Below are positions 42,582 to 52,316 of a stretch of DNA of 64,000 nucleotides, piece after piece. The position numbers and the translations under genes are program-made. Where the stretch lies: positions 192,001 to 256,000 of the forward strand of contig CAXHZO010000001.1 in NCBI GenBank assembly GCA_964022095.1, written 5' to 3'. Numbering within the stretch: position 1 is the stretch's first letter; each line of letters opens with the position of its first letter. The notes beneath the pieces are model-generated. The model had not been told where the DNA came from. It ran no database searches and saw nothing but the letters and a program-made list of their open reading frames with translations. This DNA is from an uncultured Arcobacteraceae bacterium (GTDB lineage Bacteria; Campylobacterota; Campylobacteria; Campylobacterales; Arcobacteraceae).

Positions 42582-43736
42582 TTAATTAGCTAAAGAGTTT
42601 AAAGCCTTAGCACATGTAACTGCTTGTGAGAAATATATCTGAAAATTAAAGCCACCAAGCTCTCCTGTAATATCTAAGCACTCTCCAATAAAGTATAAAT
42701 CTTTTTGTTTAGTACTTTGAAAAGTTTGATGATCTATCTCATCTGTACTTATTCCACCTTTTGTTACCTCTGCTTTTGTATAGCCAAAATTACCTGCTGG
42801 TGGAAACTCATAGTATTTTAAAACTTTTAATTTCTCTTTTTCTTCTTCACTTAATTCACTAACTGATTTATCTTTTACATCAATTGATTTCAAAAACTCT
42901 TCTGTGAATCTTTTAGCAAAGGGAAGTGCTGTTGATATTTTTTTGTTTCCTTTAAAAAAATTCTCTAACTTTTTTTTAGGTAAAAAATCGATTGCAATTT
43001 TTCCCTTTTGCCAATAAAGTGATGTAGTTAAAGTAACAGGTCCAGAACAACCTTTATGAGCAAATAAAAATGAACCTTCAAATCTTTTGTTCTCCACAAA
43101 AGTATTAACCATCATTGAAATACCAGAAAGATTTTTAAACCAAAACTGCTCTTTTTGAACAGTAAATCCAACAAGTGCAGGATCAAGTTTTGTAACAGTA
43201 TGTCCAAACTTTTTAGCAATATCATATGCAATTGAGCTTGCATTTAAAACAGGATAAGACAAACCTCCACTACTAAGTACTACTTTTTTTGCTTCAATTA
43301 TATTTTTATCAGTTTTAATTTTATAGTTTTTATCAAAATCTATATCAATCACTTTTGTATTTAAAAACTTTTTTACATGAGTGATTAATTTTAAAAACAT
43401 ATCTATTACATCTTGTGAAGAGTTACAAAAATATGTTCCTTTCACTATTTTTGGATTTATTTTAGGAATAACATCATTTTTGTTTAAAAACTCGATTAAA
43501 TCATCTTTTGAAAAATTTGATAAAAGTTGTTTAATTAATTTTTCATCACCTAAATAGTTTTTATGGCTTACTAGTTCATTAGTGATATTACATTTTGCTC
43601 CACCACTAACTTTTATTTTTGCTCCAACTTTTGGGTTAGCATCAATTATACAGATATTTTTATATTTTCTTTTATCTAACTTTGATGCAAGCATTAAGCC
43701 ACTTGCACCTGCACCAATAATAGCTATATCGTAGAT
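42582..43736 (-). CDS. HI0933/BaiN-family flavoprotein (NAD(P)/FAD-dependent); apparent ATC start
   Basis: KIKVSGGAKCNITN, GGLSYP, A.VT.GG, GE.LD..G..GG.N; the YDIAIIGAGASG Rossmann motif is in frame upstream of the first ATG (43694). Confidence 0.88.
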   Translation of the reverse strand: MYDIAIIGAGASGLMLASKLDKRKYKNICIIDANPKVGAKIKVSGGAKCNITNELVSHKNYLGDEKLIKQLLSNFSKDDLIEFLNKNDVIPKINPKIVKGTYFCNSSQDVIDMFLKLITHVKKFLNTKVIDIDFDKNYKIKTDKNIIEAKKVVLSSGGLSYPVLNASSIAYDIAKKFGHTVTKLDPALVGFTVQKEQFWFKNLSGISMMVNTFVENKRFEGSFLFAHKGCSGPVTLTTSLYWQKGKIAIDFLPKKKLENFFKGNKKISTALPFAKRFTEEFLKSIDVKDKSVSELSEEEKEKLKVLKYYEFPPAGNFGYTKAEVTKGGISTDEIDHQTFQSTKQKDLYFIGECLDITGELGGFNFQIYFSQAVTCAKALNSLAN

Positions 43737-44989
43737 GAATTATCCTTTTTACAAATAAATCTATTAATTCCATCTATATACTCATACTCTAAACTATAAG
43801 CATTTGCTTTTAAAATATTATGCACAATATATAAACCTAAACCAAAAGAGTTTTTTGATTTATCCTCATTACTAAAAAATGGTTCAAAATATTGTTCTAA
43901 TTCAAACTCTAAAGCTTTTCCATCATTTTCAAAAACTATATCTTCACCTTGTGTTTGTATAGTAACTTTTTTACTATTTGAGTATTTTAATGCATTATCA
44001 ATTAGGTTTTTAACTGCTATTGAAAATAGTTTGAAATTAACATTTATCTTTTTATTTTCGTGATTATAGATAACATCATCTTCTTCTAACATTAAAATAT
44101 CTTGTGCATTTTCTAAAATGTCATTTAAATAGTACATTTTTTTATCAATATTTTTAGTTGAAGAGATCAACTCTTCAATTGATGCAAATTCGTTGATAAG
44201 TGATTCTAGTCTATTAAATACTGATATCATCTTTTCATTGTTTTGTTCATTTTGTTCTAGTTGTGTTAAAAACTTTCCTTTTGTAATTGGAGTTTTTAGT
44301 TCATGCATTATATTTCTAATAAATATATTTCTAGACTCTTTTAAATTTTTTAATTTTAAAGCAGTATTTTTAAATTCCATCCCAAGCTGTGAAACTTCAT
44401 CTTTTGCTTCACTATTACAACACTCAAAATCAAAATTCTCATCACCTAATGTTTTTACTTTATCTTTTAGTATTTTAAGGGGCATTAGTTTTCGTAAAGT
44501 TATTATATAAACTAAAATTATTGTTATAAAAATAATTGCAAATACAAGCATGATATAAATGTTTATATTTATTAAGTTTTCACTTTGGTCAGTATTATCT
44601 TTTATTAATAAAGTCCAACCTTTTCTTTGTGATTTTAAATAAATATAAGTATTATCATTTAAACTTAAAACTCTTAAGATATCTTTTCTTTTTGGATTAA
44701 TTCTTTGTACAACAACTTTTGTTTGGGGGTTATATGTAATTGCATTTATTTTATTAATATTTCTTAGTAGTTCATATCCCATGTCATTTAATCTATCTAA
44801 AAATTTTTGATCAAAACCAACTTTTGATTGCTTATGTACCATTTTTATAGGAAACTCATATCTATCAAATAAAACACTTTCTTTAACTTTATAAGCATGA
44901 GTCATTAATATAAAAAAACTAATGACTACTAATAGTATTGAAATAATAAAACTAACTGTTATTGTAAAAAATATCGATGATCTATTCAT
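43724..44989 (-). CDS. ArsS-family sensor histidine kinase
   Basis: Two TMs, HAMP DEVSQL, RNIMHELKTPITKG, NLIDNALKY, GLGLYI. Confidence 0.93.
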   Translation of the reverse strand: MNRSSIFFTITVSFIISILLVVISFFILMTHAYKVKESVLFDRYEFPIKMVHKQSKVGFDQKFLDRLNDMGYELLRNINKINAITYNPQTKVVVQRINPKRKDILRVLSLNDNTYIYLKSQRKGWTLLIKDNTDQSENLININIYIMLVFAIIFITIILVYIITLRKLMPLKILKDKVKTLGDENFDFECCNSEAKDEVSQLGMEFKNTALKLKNLKESRNIFIRNIMHELKTPITKGKFLTQLEQNEQNNEKMISVFNRLESLINEFASIEELISSTKNIDKKMYYLNDILENAQDILMLEEDDVIYNHENKKINVNFKLFSIAVKNLIDNALKYSNSKKVTIQTQGEDIVFENDGKALEFELEQYFEPFFSNEDKSKNSFGLGLYIVHNILKANAYSLEYEYIDGINRFICKKDNSSTI

Positions 44990-45666
44990 TGTGTAAATTT
45001 ATACCCCATTCCTCTTATTGTATGTAAAAACTGTGGTTCTCTTGGATTTTGTTCTATTTTATGTCTAATTCTATTTATAATTACTGCAAGGGAACCAGAA
45101 CTATCATAATCTTGATTTAGTAAATCAGAATTATCAAATATCTCTTCCCTTGAGATTACAAAACCATCTCTTTTTATAAGCAAAGATAAAACTTCAAACT
45201 CTGCTGCTGTTAGTTTAACATATTTACCATTTTTTGTGATTTCATTTTTATCAATATTAACTTCAAAGATTTTATTTAAGACTTCTTCTTGTTGCATATT
45301 TGAGTGATTAAATCTTCGTAAAACTGTTTTAATCCTAACTTCAAGTTCTCTTGGTTCATATGGCTTTGGTAAATAATCATCTGCCCCTAATTGAAGTGCA
45401 GTTACCTTATCTGTTAAGTCACTTCTAGCACTTGAAATTATAATAGGAATATCAAAGTTTTTGACTATCTCTTTACAAACATCTAATCCATCCATACCAG
45501 GAAGTGTTAAATCAAGTATTATTAAATCAAATTTTTGTATTTTTAAAGTTGAAAGAGCCAAAAATGGCTCTTCAAAATTTGTAACTTCGATATTAAATTG
45601 CTTTAAATATTGTGTTAAAACATCTGCTAATTCTAAATCATCCTCTACCATTGCAATTTGTATCAA
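44986..45666 (-). CDS. OmpR-family response regulator
   Basis: EDD, LDLTLPG.DG, GADDYLPKP, LT..EF, IRG.GY winged helix. Confidence 0.95.
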   Translation of the reverse strand: MIQIAMVEDDLELADVLTQYLKQFNIEVTNFEEPFLALSTLKIQKFDLIILDLTLPGMDGLDVCKEIVKNFDIPIIISSARSDLTDKVTALQLGADDYLPKPYEPRELEVRIKTVLRRFNHSNMQQEEVLNKIFEVNIDKNEITKNGKYVKLTAAEFEVLSLLIKRDGFVISREEIFDNSDLLNQDYDSSGSLAVIINRIRHKIEQNPREPQFLHTIRGMGYKFTQ

Positions 45667-45675
45667 AGTAAATCC

Positions 45676-46110
45676 TTAGCTTCTTTTTTCTTTTTTTAAA
45701 TCCATTAAAACTTTTAATTGTTCTTTTTGTTTAGTTGTTAATAGTTCATAAACTTTTTCAATCATATCTGCTCTTGATTTTAACATATTCTCTCTTTTTT
45801 GACTAGTAATTTCTAAATATTTTTGTTTATCGAAAGAGTTTTTTGTAAATGCTTCATTTACTGTTTTTCTATTTTTCCTATTTTCTAACATTATTTCTTT
45901 GATTTTTGTTTTTTGCTCACTTGTTAAATTAAGTTGTTTAAACATTGCTAAAATATGTCTACCTTTTTTGTGATTGCTTTTATTCATATGATAAGCTTTT
46001 TTAGATTCATACTTTGCACCTTTTTGATTATTCATCATTCCACAATTTGCAAAAACAGATGTTGCAACAACTGAACTTATTAATAAACCTGCTAGTAATT
46101 TTCTTTTCAT
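45676..46110 (-). CDS. Spy/CpxP-family periplasmic chaperone
   Basis: Signal peptide; two LTxxQ motifs (LNLTSEQK, LLTTKQK). Confidence 0.88.
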   Translation of the reverse strand: MKRKLLAGLLISSVVATSVFANCGMMNNQKGAKYESKKAYHMNKSNHKKGRHILAMFKQLNLTSEQKTKIKEIMLENRKNRKTVNEAFTKNSFDKQKYLEITSQKRENMLKSRADMIEKVYELLTTKQKEQLKVLMDLKKEKRS

Positions 46111-46150
46111 TTTTAATCCTTTTTTATATTTGATATATAAAATTATGACG

Positions 46151-46180
46151 TATAGAATTTAATCATTATTAAATTCTATA
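46151..46180. promoter_or_regulatory. Perfect 13-bp inverted repeat in the divergent spy / DGC promoter region
   Basis: TATAGAATTTAAT-catt-ATTAAATTCTATA. Confidence 0.55.
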
Positions 46181-46250
46181 TTAACGATTTCTTAACAAAT
46201 AATGAGAATCAATAATTAATTATGTTAAAATATAATCAAAAAGTATAAGT

Positions 46251-47945
46251 ATGTCTCTATCAAATTTTATTACAAAACTAATTCTAATAACTGTACTTAT
46301 ATCATCACTTCTGGCATTTTTATTTACTATATTATTTCAATACAATAGTTTTTTAAAAGAAACAGAAAATATAAAAAAAGATTTCCTACTACAAAAGAAA
46401 AAAGAAGTAAAAAGAGAAATAGAAAGAATTCATAGTTTTATAAAATACAAAAACAATAGTCTTTCTTATATAAAAAATAAGGATATAGAAACTATTCAAA
46501 ATGAAATATTAGATTGGATTTCAACAGTTAGATTTGGTAAAAATGGCTATATTTTTATCAATACAGTTGAAGGAAATTCAATTTTATTTGATGGAAAGAA
46601 AAATGTACCAGCAATAAAACATCCAAATAAAAAAATCTTTGACCAACAAATACAAGCTTTAAAAACTAAAAGAAATAACTTTATAAAATATACATTTAAA
46701 AAATTAAATAATAATAAAACATCAACTAAAATCTCTTACATTTTATTATACGAACCTTGGGGTTGGATTATTGGGAGTGGTTTTTATTTAGATGAAGTTC
46801 AAAAAGAAATCAAACAAAAAGAAGAAGCTTTTAAACAAACAATTTTAAATGAAATAAAATCTATTTTGATTGTATTTATAATACTTGTTTTAATTTTGGT
46901 AATTATCTCTAAAAAAATAAAGCAATATATAAATAACAATATCAAAAATTTGATTGAAGAGTTTAAAAGAGCCTCATCAAACAATAATATTATTGAATCA
47001 AAAAGGTTTAGTTTTGAAGAGTTTTCTTCTTTAGCAAGTAGTATTAATGAGATATTAGAAGATAAACATAAAGCTGAAAAGAAATTAAATATCTATTTAA
47101 AAATTCTTGATGAACATGTTATCACATCCACAACTGACATAAAAGGTACTATTAAAAGTGTAAGTAAAGCTTTTTGTGAAATATCAGGGTATTCAAAAGA
47201 AGAACTAATTGGAAAAAAACATAATATAGTTAAACATGAAGATATGAGTCAAAAAACATATGAAGAACTTTGGAATACAATACAAAGTGGAAAAATCTGG
47301 AAAGGTGAATTAAAAAACAAAAAGAAATCAGGAGAGGTATATTGGGTAGAAGCTATCATTCAACCAATTATTGAAAATGGCAAAATCTCAGGATATACTG
47401 CAATTAGACATAATATCACAAATAAAAAAAGAGTTGAGTATTTATCAATTACAGATGAATTAACTCAACTTTATAATAGAAGATACTTTAATAAAATCAT
47501 TGAAGGTGAATTAAAAAGAGCAAAAAGAGCAAATAGTTTCATATCTTTTATGATGTTAGATATAGATTATTTTAAAAGATACAATGATAATTATGGTCAT
47601 CAAAAAGGTGATGATATACTTGCTAAAATAGCTTTAGTTCTAAAAGAAAATTCAAAAAGAATAAGTGATTATGTATTTAGAATTGGTGGTGAAGAGTTTG
47701 CATTTATTTTCTCTTCAGTTGATGAAAATAAATCTTTTGAGTTTGCTAATAATATAAGAAAAGATATTGAGCAATTAAAAATAGAGCATACAAAAAGTCC
47801 AATATCAAAATATGTTACTGTTTCTGTTGGAGTGGTTTGCAAAAAAGCAAATGATATTTCTAGCTCTTCTGAACTTTATAAATTAGGGGATAGTGCTTTA
47901 TATAAAGCAAAAGATAATGGAAGAAATAGTGTAATTATCAAATAA
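46251..47945 (+). CDS. Cache-PAS-GGDEF diguanylate cyclase
   Basis: TM, RFGKNGYIFI / KISY..YEPWGWIIGSG single Cache 2 domain, TM, PAS, RISD I-site, GGEEF. Confidence 0.93.
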   Translation: MSLSNFITKLILITVLISSLLAFLFTILFQYNSFLKETENIKKDFLLQKKKEVKREIERIHSFIKYKNNSLSYIKNKDIETIQNEILDWISTVRFGKNGYIFINTVEGNSILFDGKKNVPAIKHPNKKIFDQQIQALKTKRNNFIKYTFKKLNNNKTSTKISYILLYEPWGWIIGSGFYLDEVQKEIKQKEEAFKQTILNEIKSILIVFIILVLILVIISKKIKQYINNNIKNLIEEFKRASSNNNIIESKRFSFEEFSSLASSINEILEDKHKAEKKLNIYLKILDEHVITSTTDIKGTIKSVSKAFCEISGYSKEELIGKKHNIVKHEDMSQKTYEELWNTIQSGKIWKGELKNKKKSGEVYWVEAIIQPIIENGKISGYTAIRHNITNKKRVEYLSITDELTQLYNRRYFNKIIEGELKRAKRANSFISFMMLDIDYFKRYNDNYGHQKGDDILAKIALVLKENSKRISDYVFRIGGEEFAFIFSSVDENKSFEFANNIRKDIEQLKIEHTKSPISKYVTVSVGVVCKKANDISSSSELYKLGDSALYKAKDNGRNSVIIK

Positions 47946-47960
47946 CTACACTTTTTCTTT

Positions 47961-50948
47961 TTATTTTCTTAAGTACTTCATAGTTGTTGCAATAATATCG
48001 TCATCATCTTTACTTGGAGATTTTATAGTCTCTTTCGTATCATCTGATTTGACAAATGTAATATTCATTTCATAAGAGCTTATAGTTTGAATACCTTTGT
48101 TTATTGCTAAAATTTTAATCAAGATTAGTTCAATAAACTGTTTTGTTGGAATATCTGGTTTTCCAAATCTATCTTCCATCTCTTCTTCTATTGCATATAC
48201 TTCTTGATTATCAAGAGCTTTACTAAGACGTCTATATAATTCAAGTCTAACTCTATCTTCATTTATATACTCATCACTAATATAAGCTGAAATTGCTAAT
48301 TTAATATCAACTGATTTTTTCTCTTCTTTTGTATCACCACTTAATGTGGCTAAGGTATCTTCTAACATTTTAAGATATAGTCCATATCCGATTTGTTTGA
48401 TATGTCCACTTTGTGCTTCACCAACAATATTTCCACCACCTCTGATTTCTAAATCTTGGTGAGCAAGTGCTGTTCCACTTCCTAAGTATGAATTTGACTC
48501 AAGTGCGACTAATCTTTTAATTGCATCATCAGTTATATGTTTTTTATCTTCAACTACGTAGTAACAAAAACCTTCTTTATTGCTTCTACCAACTCTACCT
48601 CTTAATTGATGTAAGTCTGCTATACCAAATCTATCTGCACCATCAATTACAATTGAGTTTGCATTTGGTAGGTGAAGTCCAGACTCAACAATACTAGTTG
48701 CAAGTAAAATATCAAACTCTTTGTTTTCAAAAGCTTCAATGATTTTTTCAGCTTGAACTGGTTTTATTTTAGAGTGAATAATCTCTATTTTAATATTTGG
48801 AACAATCTCTTCAATATCACTTTTTTTAGCTTCAATTGAAGCGATGTTATTGTGTACATAAAATAACTGTCCACCCCTTCTTTTTTCCCTTAAAACTATC
48901 TCTTTGATTAACTTATCACTATACTCTTTTACATAAGTTCTAACACCTAATCTTTCACTTGGAGGAGTAAGTAAAGCACTCATTCCTTTTAGCTTACTAA
49001 GAGCTAGATTTAAAGTTCTAGGAATTGGAGTTGCACTCATTGAGAAAATATGAACATCATCTCTTAACTGTTTTAATTTTTCTTTTTGTTTAACACCAAA
49101 TTTATGCTCTTCATCAATAATTACAAGTGCTAAATTCTTTGTTTTTACACTTAAAAGTGAATGTGTTCCAATAACAACTTGAATGTCACCAGATTCTAAA
49201 CCTTTTTTTACAAGAGATTTCTCTTTTGTAGTTGACTTACCATCAAGTTTTGCAACTGTTATTCCAAACTCTTCAAATCTTTTTTGAATTCCATGGAAAT
49301 GTTGACTTGCAAGAAGTGTTGTAGGACATACAAAAAGTGTTTGATAACCATCTAATACAACTGCTAACATTGCATTCATTGCAACTTCTGTTTTACCAAA
49401 TCCAACATCACCTGAAAGAAGTCTATCCATAACTCGACCTGAGCTTAAATCATCAAATATCTCACGAACACTTCTTTTTTGATCTTTTGTATATTCAAAT
49501 CCTGAGTTTTTTGAAAACTCTTCTAAAGTTTTTTTATTTGTATTAATTTTTATACCATTTACAAGTTCACGTGCAGCTGCCATTTTAATAATATCATTTG
49601 CAATAGCAAATAATCTATCTTTAACTTTTTCTTTTAACTTAGCAAAGCTTCCTTTACCAAGCTTATCAACAACAGCATATGAACTTCCATCAGCAACATA
49701 TCTATCAATTAAATCAATATTTTCAACAGGAATTAAAAGCTTATCATCACCTGCATACATAACAATTACAAAATCTCTTTTAGCACCCATAACTGTAACT
49801 GGCTCAATACCTTTATACTGACCAATACCGTGCTTTTCATGTACTACAAAGTCATTTACCTGAAGTTCATCAAGTACAAGTTTTACTTTCTTCTTTCTTC
49901 TTTTTTTAACTTCTTTATTTAGTGAAATAATCACTTCATCATTTGATACTAAATTTATAATTTGATTATCAAATAAATAGTTGATTTCTTTATTACTTAA
50001 GTCTAAATCAAAGCCTTTAACCTTTGCTTCAGTACTTGAGATAATAGTAACTTTCTTACCAGAATGAAAAGTTAAAAACTCTTTTACATTTGCAGGGGCA
50101 ACCTCTTGGTAGTTTTTTGAATATGTGATTTGAGGAAGAGTTAAAAACTTATCTTTGCTTATTCTTTTTTCTTCAAAAACATAAACTTCTTCAAGCTCAT
50201 CAAGTGCTTCATGGGTAATAAATGAGTTTAAGTTTTGAGGTAAATACTCCCCTAAATCATTTAGATACCAAAATCCAAGGGAATGAATATCTTTGATAAA
50301 TGCATCTGTTTGAACAGTTTCTATCTCTTCATTTATTTGTGCATAAGTTTCTTCATCAAGTGCTAAAAATGCAGGATTAATTTTAAAACTTTCAATCTCT
50401 TCTTTAAAGGATTTTTGATCTTCAATATCAAACTTTCTAATACTCTCAACTTCATCATCAAATAAAGATACCCTAAATCCAGTATCACTTCCAAGAGGGC
50501 AAATATCTATAATATCTCCCCTAATAGAAGCTTCACCTTCACTTGTAACAATGTCTACAAAATAGTATCCCCAATTATACAGTTTGCTTTTAAACTCTTC
50601 TAAATTTAAAGTATCGGCAAAATTTATTTCAAAACTATCAAAACATTTTTGCTTTGGCATAGAGTAAGAGATAGTTCTAATAGGTGAAATTAAAATCTTA
50701 TCTTGTTTTTTATAGTCATAAAATGCGTTTAAAGATTTTGTGATTTCTTGTAATTCTTCACTAAAAGAGAGTAAGTCATCTCCAAAATTTGCTCTAAAAT
50801 CACTTAATACAAAAGGCTTAAATCCTAAAAAAGAAACAACATCACTTGCCATTTGGGCTTGTATATCATCATTTACAATTAAAAGTTGACACTCTTTTAA
50901 TCTTTTATCTTCTTTTAAATTCTTAAGATACTCGTAAATATTTTTCAC
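47961..50948 (-). CDS. mfd: Transcription-repair coupling factor
   Basis: VVH..HGIG.Y CarD-like domain, MDRLLSGDVGFGKTEVA, DEEH, SATPIPRT, QLRGRVGR, DLEIRG. Confidence 0.97.
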   Translation of the reverse strand: MKNIYEYLKNLKEDKRLKECQLLIVNDDIQAQMASDVVSFLGFKPFVLSDFRANFGDDLLSFSEELQEITKSLNAFYDYKKQDKILISPIRTISYSMPKQKCFDSFEINFADTLNLEEFKSKLYNWGYYFVDIVTSEGEASIRGDIIDICPLGSDTGFRVSLFDDEVESIRKFDIEDQKSFKEEIESFKINPAFLALDEETYAQINEEIETVQTDAFIKDIHSLGFWYLNDLGEYLPQNLNSFITHEALDELEEVYVFEEKRISKDKFLTLPQITYSKNYQEVAPANVKEFLTFHSGKKVTIISSTEAKVKGFDLDLSNKEINYLFDNQIINLVSNDEVIISLNKEVKKRRKKKVKLVLDELQVNDFVVHEKHGIGQYKGIEPVTVMGAKRDFVIVMYAGDDKLLIPVENIDLIDRYVADGSSYAVVDKLGKGSFAKLKEKVKDRLFAIANDIIKMAAARELVNGIKINTNKKTLEEFSKNSGFEYTKDQKRSVREIFDDLSSGRVMDRLLSGDVGFGKTEVAMNAMLAVVLDGYQTLFVCPTTLLASQHFHGIQKRFEEFGITVAKLDGKSTTKEKSLVKKGLESGDIQVVIGTHSLLSVKTKNLALVIIDEEHKFGVKQKEKLKQLRDDVHIFSMSATPIPRTLNLALSKLKGMSALLTPPSERLGVRTYVKEYSDKLIKEIVLREKRRGGQLFYVHNNIASIEAKKSDIEEIVPNIKIEIIHSKIKPVQAEKIIEAFENKEFDILLATSIVESGLHLPNANSIVIDGADRFGIADLHQLRGRVGRSNKEGFCYYVVEDKKHITDDAIKRLVALESNSYLGSGTALAHQDLEIRGGGNIVGEAQSGHIKQIGYGLYLKMLEDTLATLSGDTKEEKKSVDIKLAISAYISDEYINEDRVRLELYRRLSKALDNQEVYAIEEEMEDRFGKPDIPTKQFIELILIKILAINKGIQTISSYEMNITFVKSDDTKETIKSPSKDDDDIIATTMKYLRK

Positions 50949-51259
50949 TATTTAGCTTCTTCTTTTAGTTCTTCAAAGAAACCTGTTTGTTTATCATAAT
51001 AGTATGGAGGATATGGTGTCTCATTTAATAAAAATATTAAATTTGCTTCTTGGAAACCTGCTTTTTCTAAAGCTTCTTTAAATATTTCTAAAATAAAAGC
51101 TTTAGTCGTAACTAAAGTTGTAGTTGAAGATGAAGTGTATACATGTTTTTCACCTTCTACTGTTTTAAAACTTTTTCTTTTTAAAAATTTCTGCATTTTT
51201 TCTTCATCTTCAAGTCCACCTACATCAAGTAACACTAATACATCAATTGAATCTGCCAT
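50948..51259 (-). CDS. Hypothetical protein
   Basis: 103-aa ORF with AAGGA SD; its stop overlaps the mfd start. Confidence 0.7.
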   Translation of the reverse strand: MADSIDVLVLLDVGGLEDEEKMQKFLKRKSFKTVEGEKHVYTSSSTTTLVTTKAFILEIFKEALEKAGFQEANLIFLLNETPYPPYYYDKQTGFFEELKEEAK

Positions 51260-51286
51260 TTTTTTCCTTCTTTTTATTTTTCTAAA

Positions 51287-51532
51287 TTATTTACAACAAC
51301 CACTACCACAACATTTAAGTGATTTTTCCAAAGGCTTTGCAAGTGAAATTTTAAAGTTATCAAAGATTTTTAGTATTTGAAATGAATGTTTAGCACAAAA
51401 CTCACTATTCATTGTATCTTGCATTTTTATTGCAAAATTATATGCATCTTCTTCTTTTTCAAATTCACTACTTCCTTCTAAATCACTTTTTTTAAAGCAA
51501 CTACATTGTTTATCTACAATAACTTTATACAT
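51287..51532 (-). CDS. Small Cys-rich hypothetical protein
   Basis: CSC, FC.KH, and C-terminal CCGSGCC; AGGA SD. Confidence 0.75.
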   Translation of the reverse strand: MYKVIVDKQCSCFKKSDLEGSSEFEKEEDAYNFAIKMQDTMNSEFCAKHSFQILKIFDNFKISLAKPLEKSLKCCGSGCCK

Positions 51533-51544
51533 AAAATATTCCTA

Positions 51545-52252
51545 TCATAATACTAATGTAGATACAAATCCAATTAGTCCACCAAATACTGCACCCCAAA
51601 TAACAAGCCATCCAAGATGTTCTCTTATCATTTCTTGAACAATTTCTTTAACCATTTTAGGAGTTAACTCATCTAATCTTGAACTTACAATTTTACTTAA
51701 TTTACTGTGAACATCTTGTGATAAATCTTTCGATTTTAGACTCTCTGTTAATACATCTTGAAAAGCTTGTGTTTGAGTAATATCAATAATTGAATTTTGA
51801 AGTTTTTTGATAAAAGGTTCCTTTAAAGGTTCAAGTGCAGCTTCACCTCCAAACATTCCTAACATTCCACCAAAACTTGACTCCATAACTGATACTTTTA
51901 ATGAATCATAAGCAGGAGTAAAATCTGTTTTATTTAAAATCTTTTCAAAATCAATTGTGTCTTTTGCACTATTTACTTCAGTTTGAAAAAATTTTGTTAG
52001 ATGCTCTTGAGTAAAAAATTGATTCATCATTAAATTATGAATTGATGTTTTAAACTGAGTGAATTTACTCTCAATTACTCCACTTCCATATAAAAATGGT
52101 ACCTTCTCAAAAAGCATATGTATTGCAAGTGTATTTGTAACTGCACCACTTAAGGCAAAAAGACCCACCATAAAAATAGTGTCATTTCCATTTGAGTAAC
52201 CGTAAGCCATAATTAAAACAGTAATTAAATTTGTAATATCAGATTTATTCAT
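51545..52252 (-). CDS. DUF445-family membrane protein
   Basis: FALSGA.TN.LAI.MLF.KVP.LYGSG, HLGWLV.WG.VFGG.IG. Confidence 0.88.
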   Translation of the reverse strand: MNKSDITNLITVLIMAYGYSNGNDTIFMVGLFALSGAVTNTLAIHMLFEKVPFLYGSGVIESKFTQFKTSIHNLMMNQFFTQEHLTKFFQTEVNSAKDTIDFEKILNKTDFTPAYDSLKVSVMESSFGGMLGMFGGEAALEPLKEPFIKKLQNSIIDITQTQAFQDVLTESLKSKDLSQDVHSKLSKIVSSRLDELTPKMVKEIVQEMIREHLGWLVIWGAVFGGLIGFVSTLVL

Positions 52253-52316
52253 TATGATAAACTCCCTTAATAAAAAGGGATTTTATCATAACTTTTTAAA
52301 AGAGTGTTTTAAGAGA

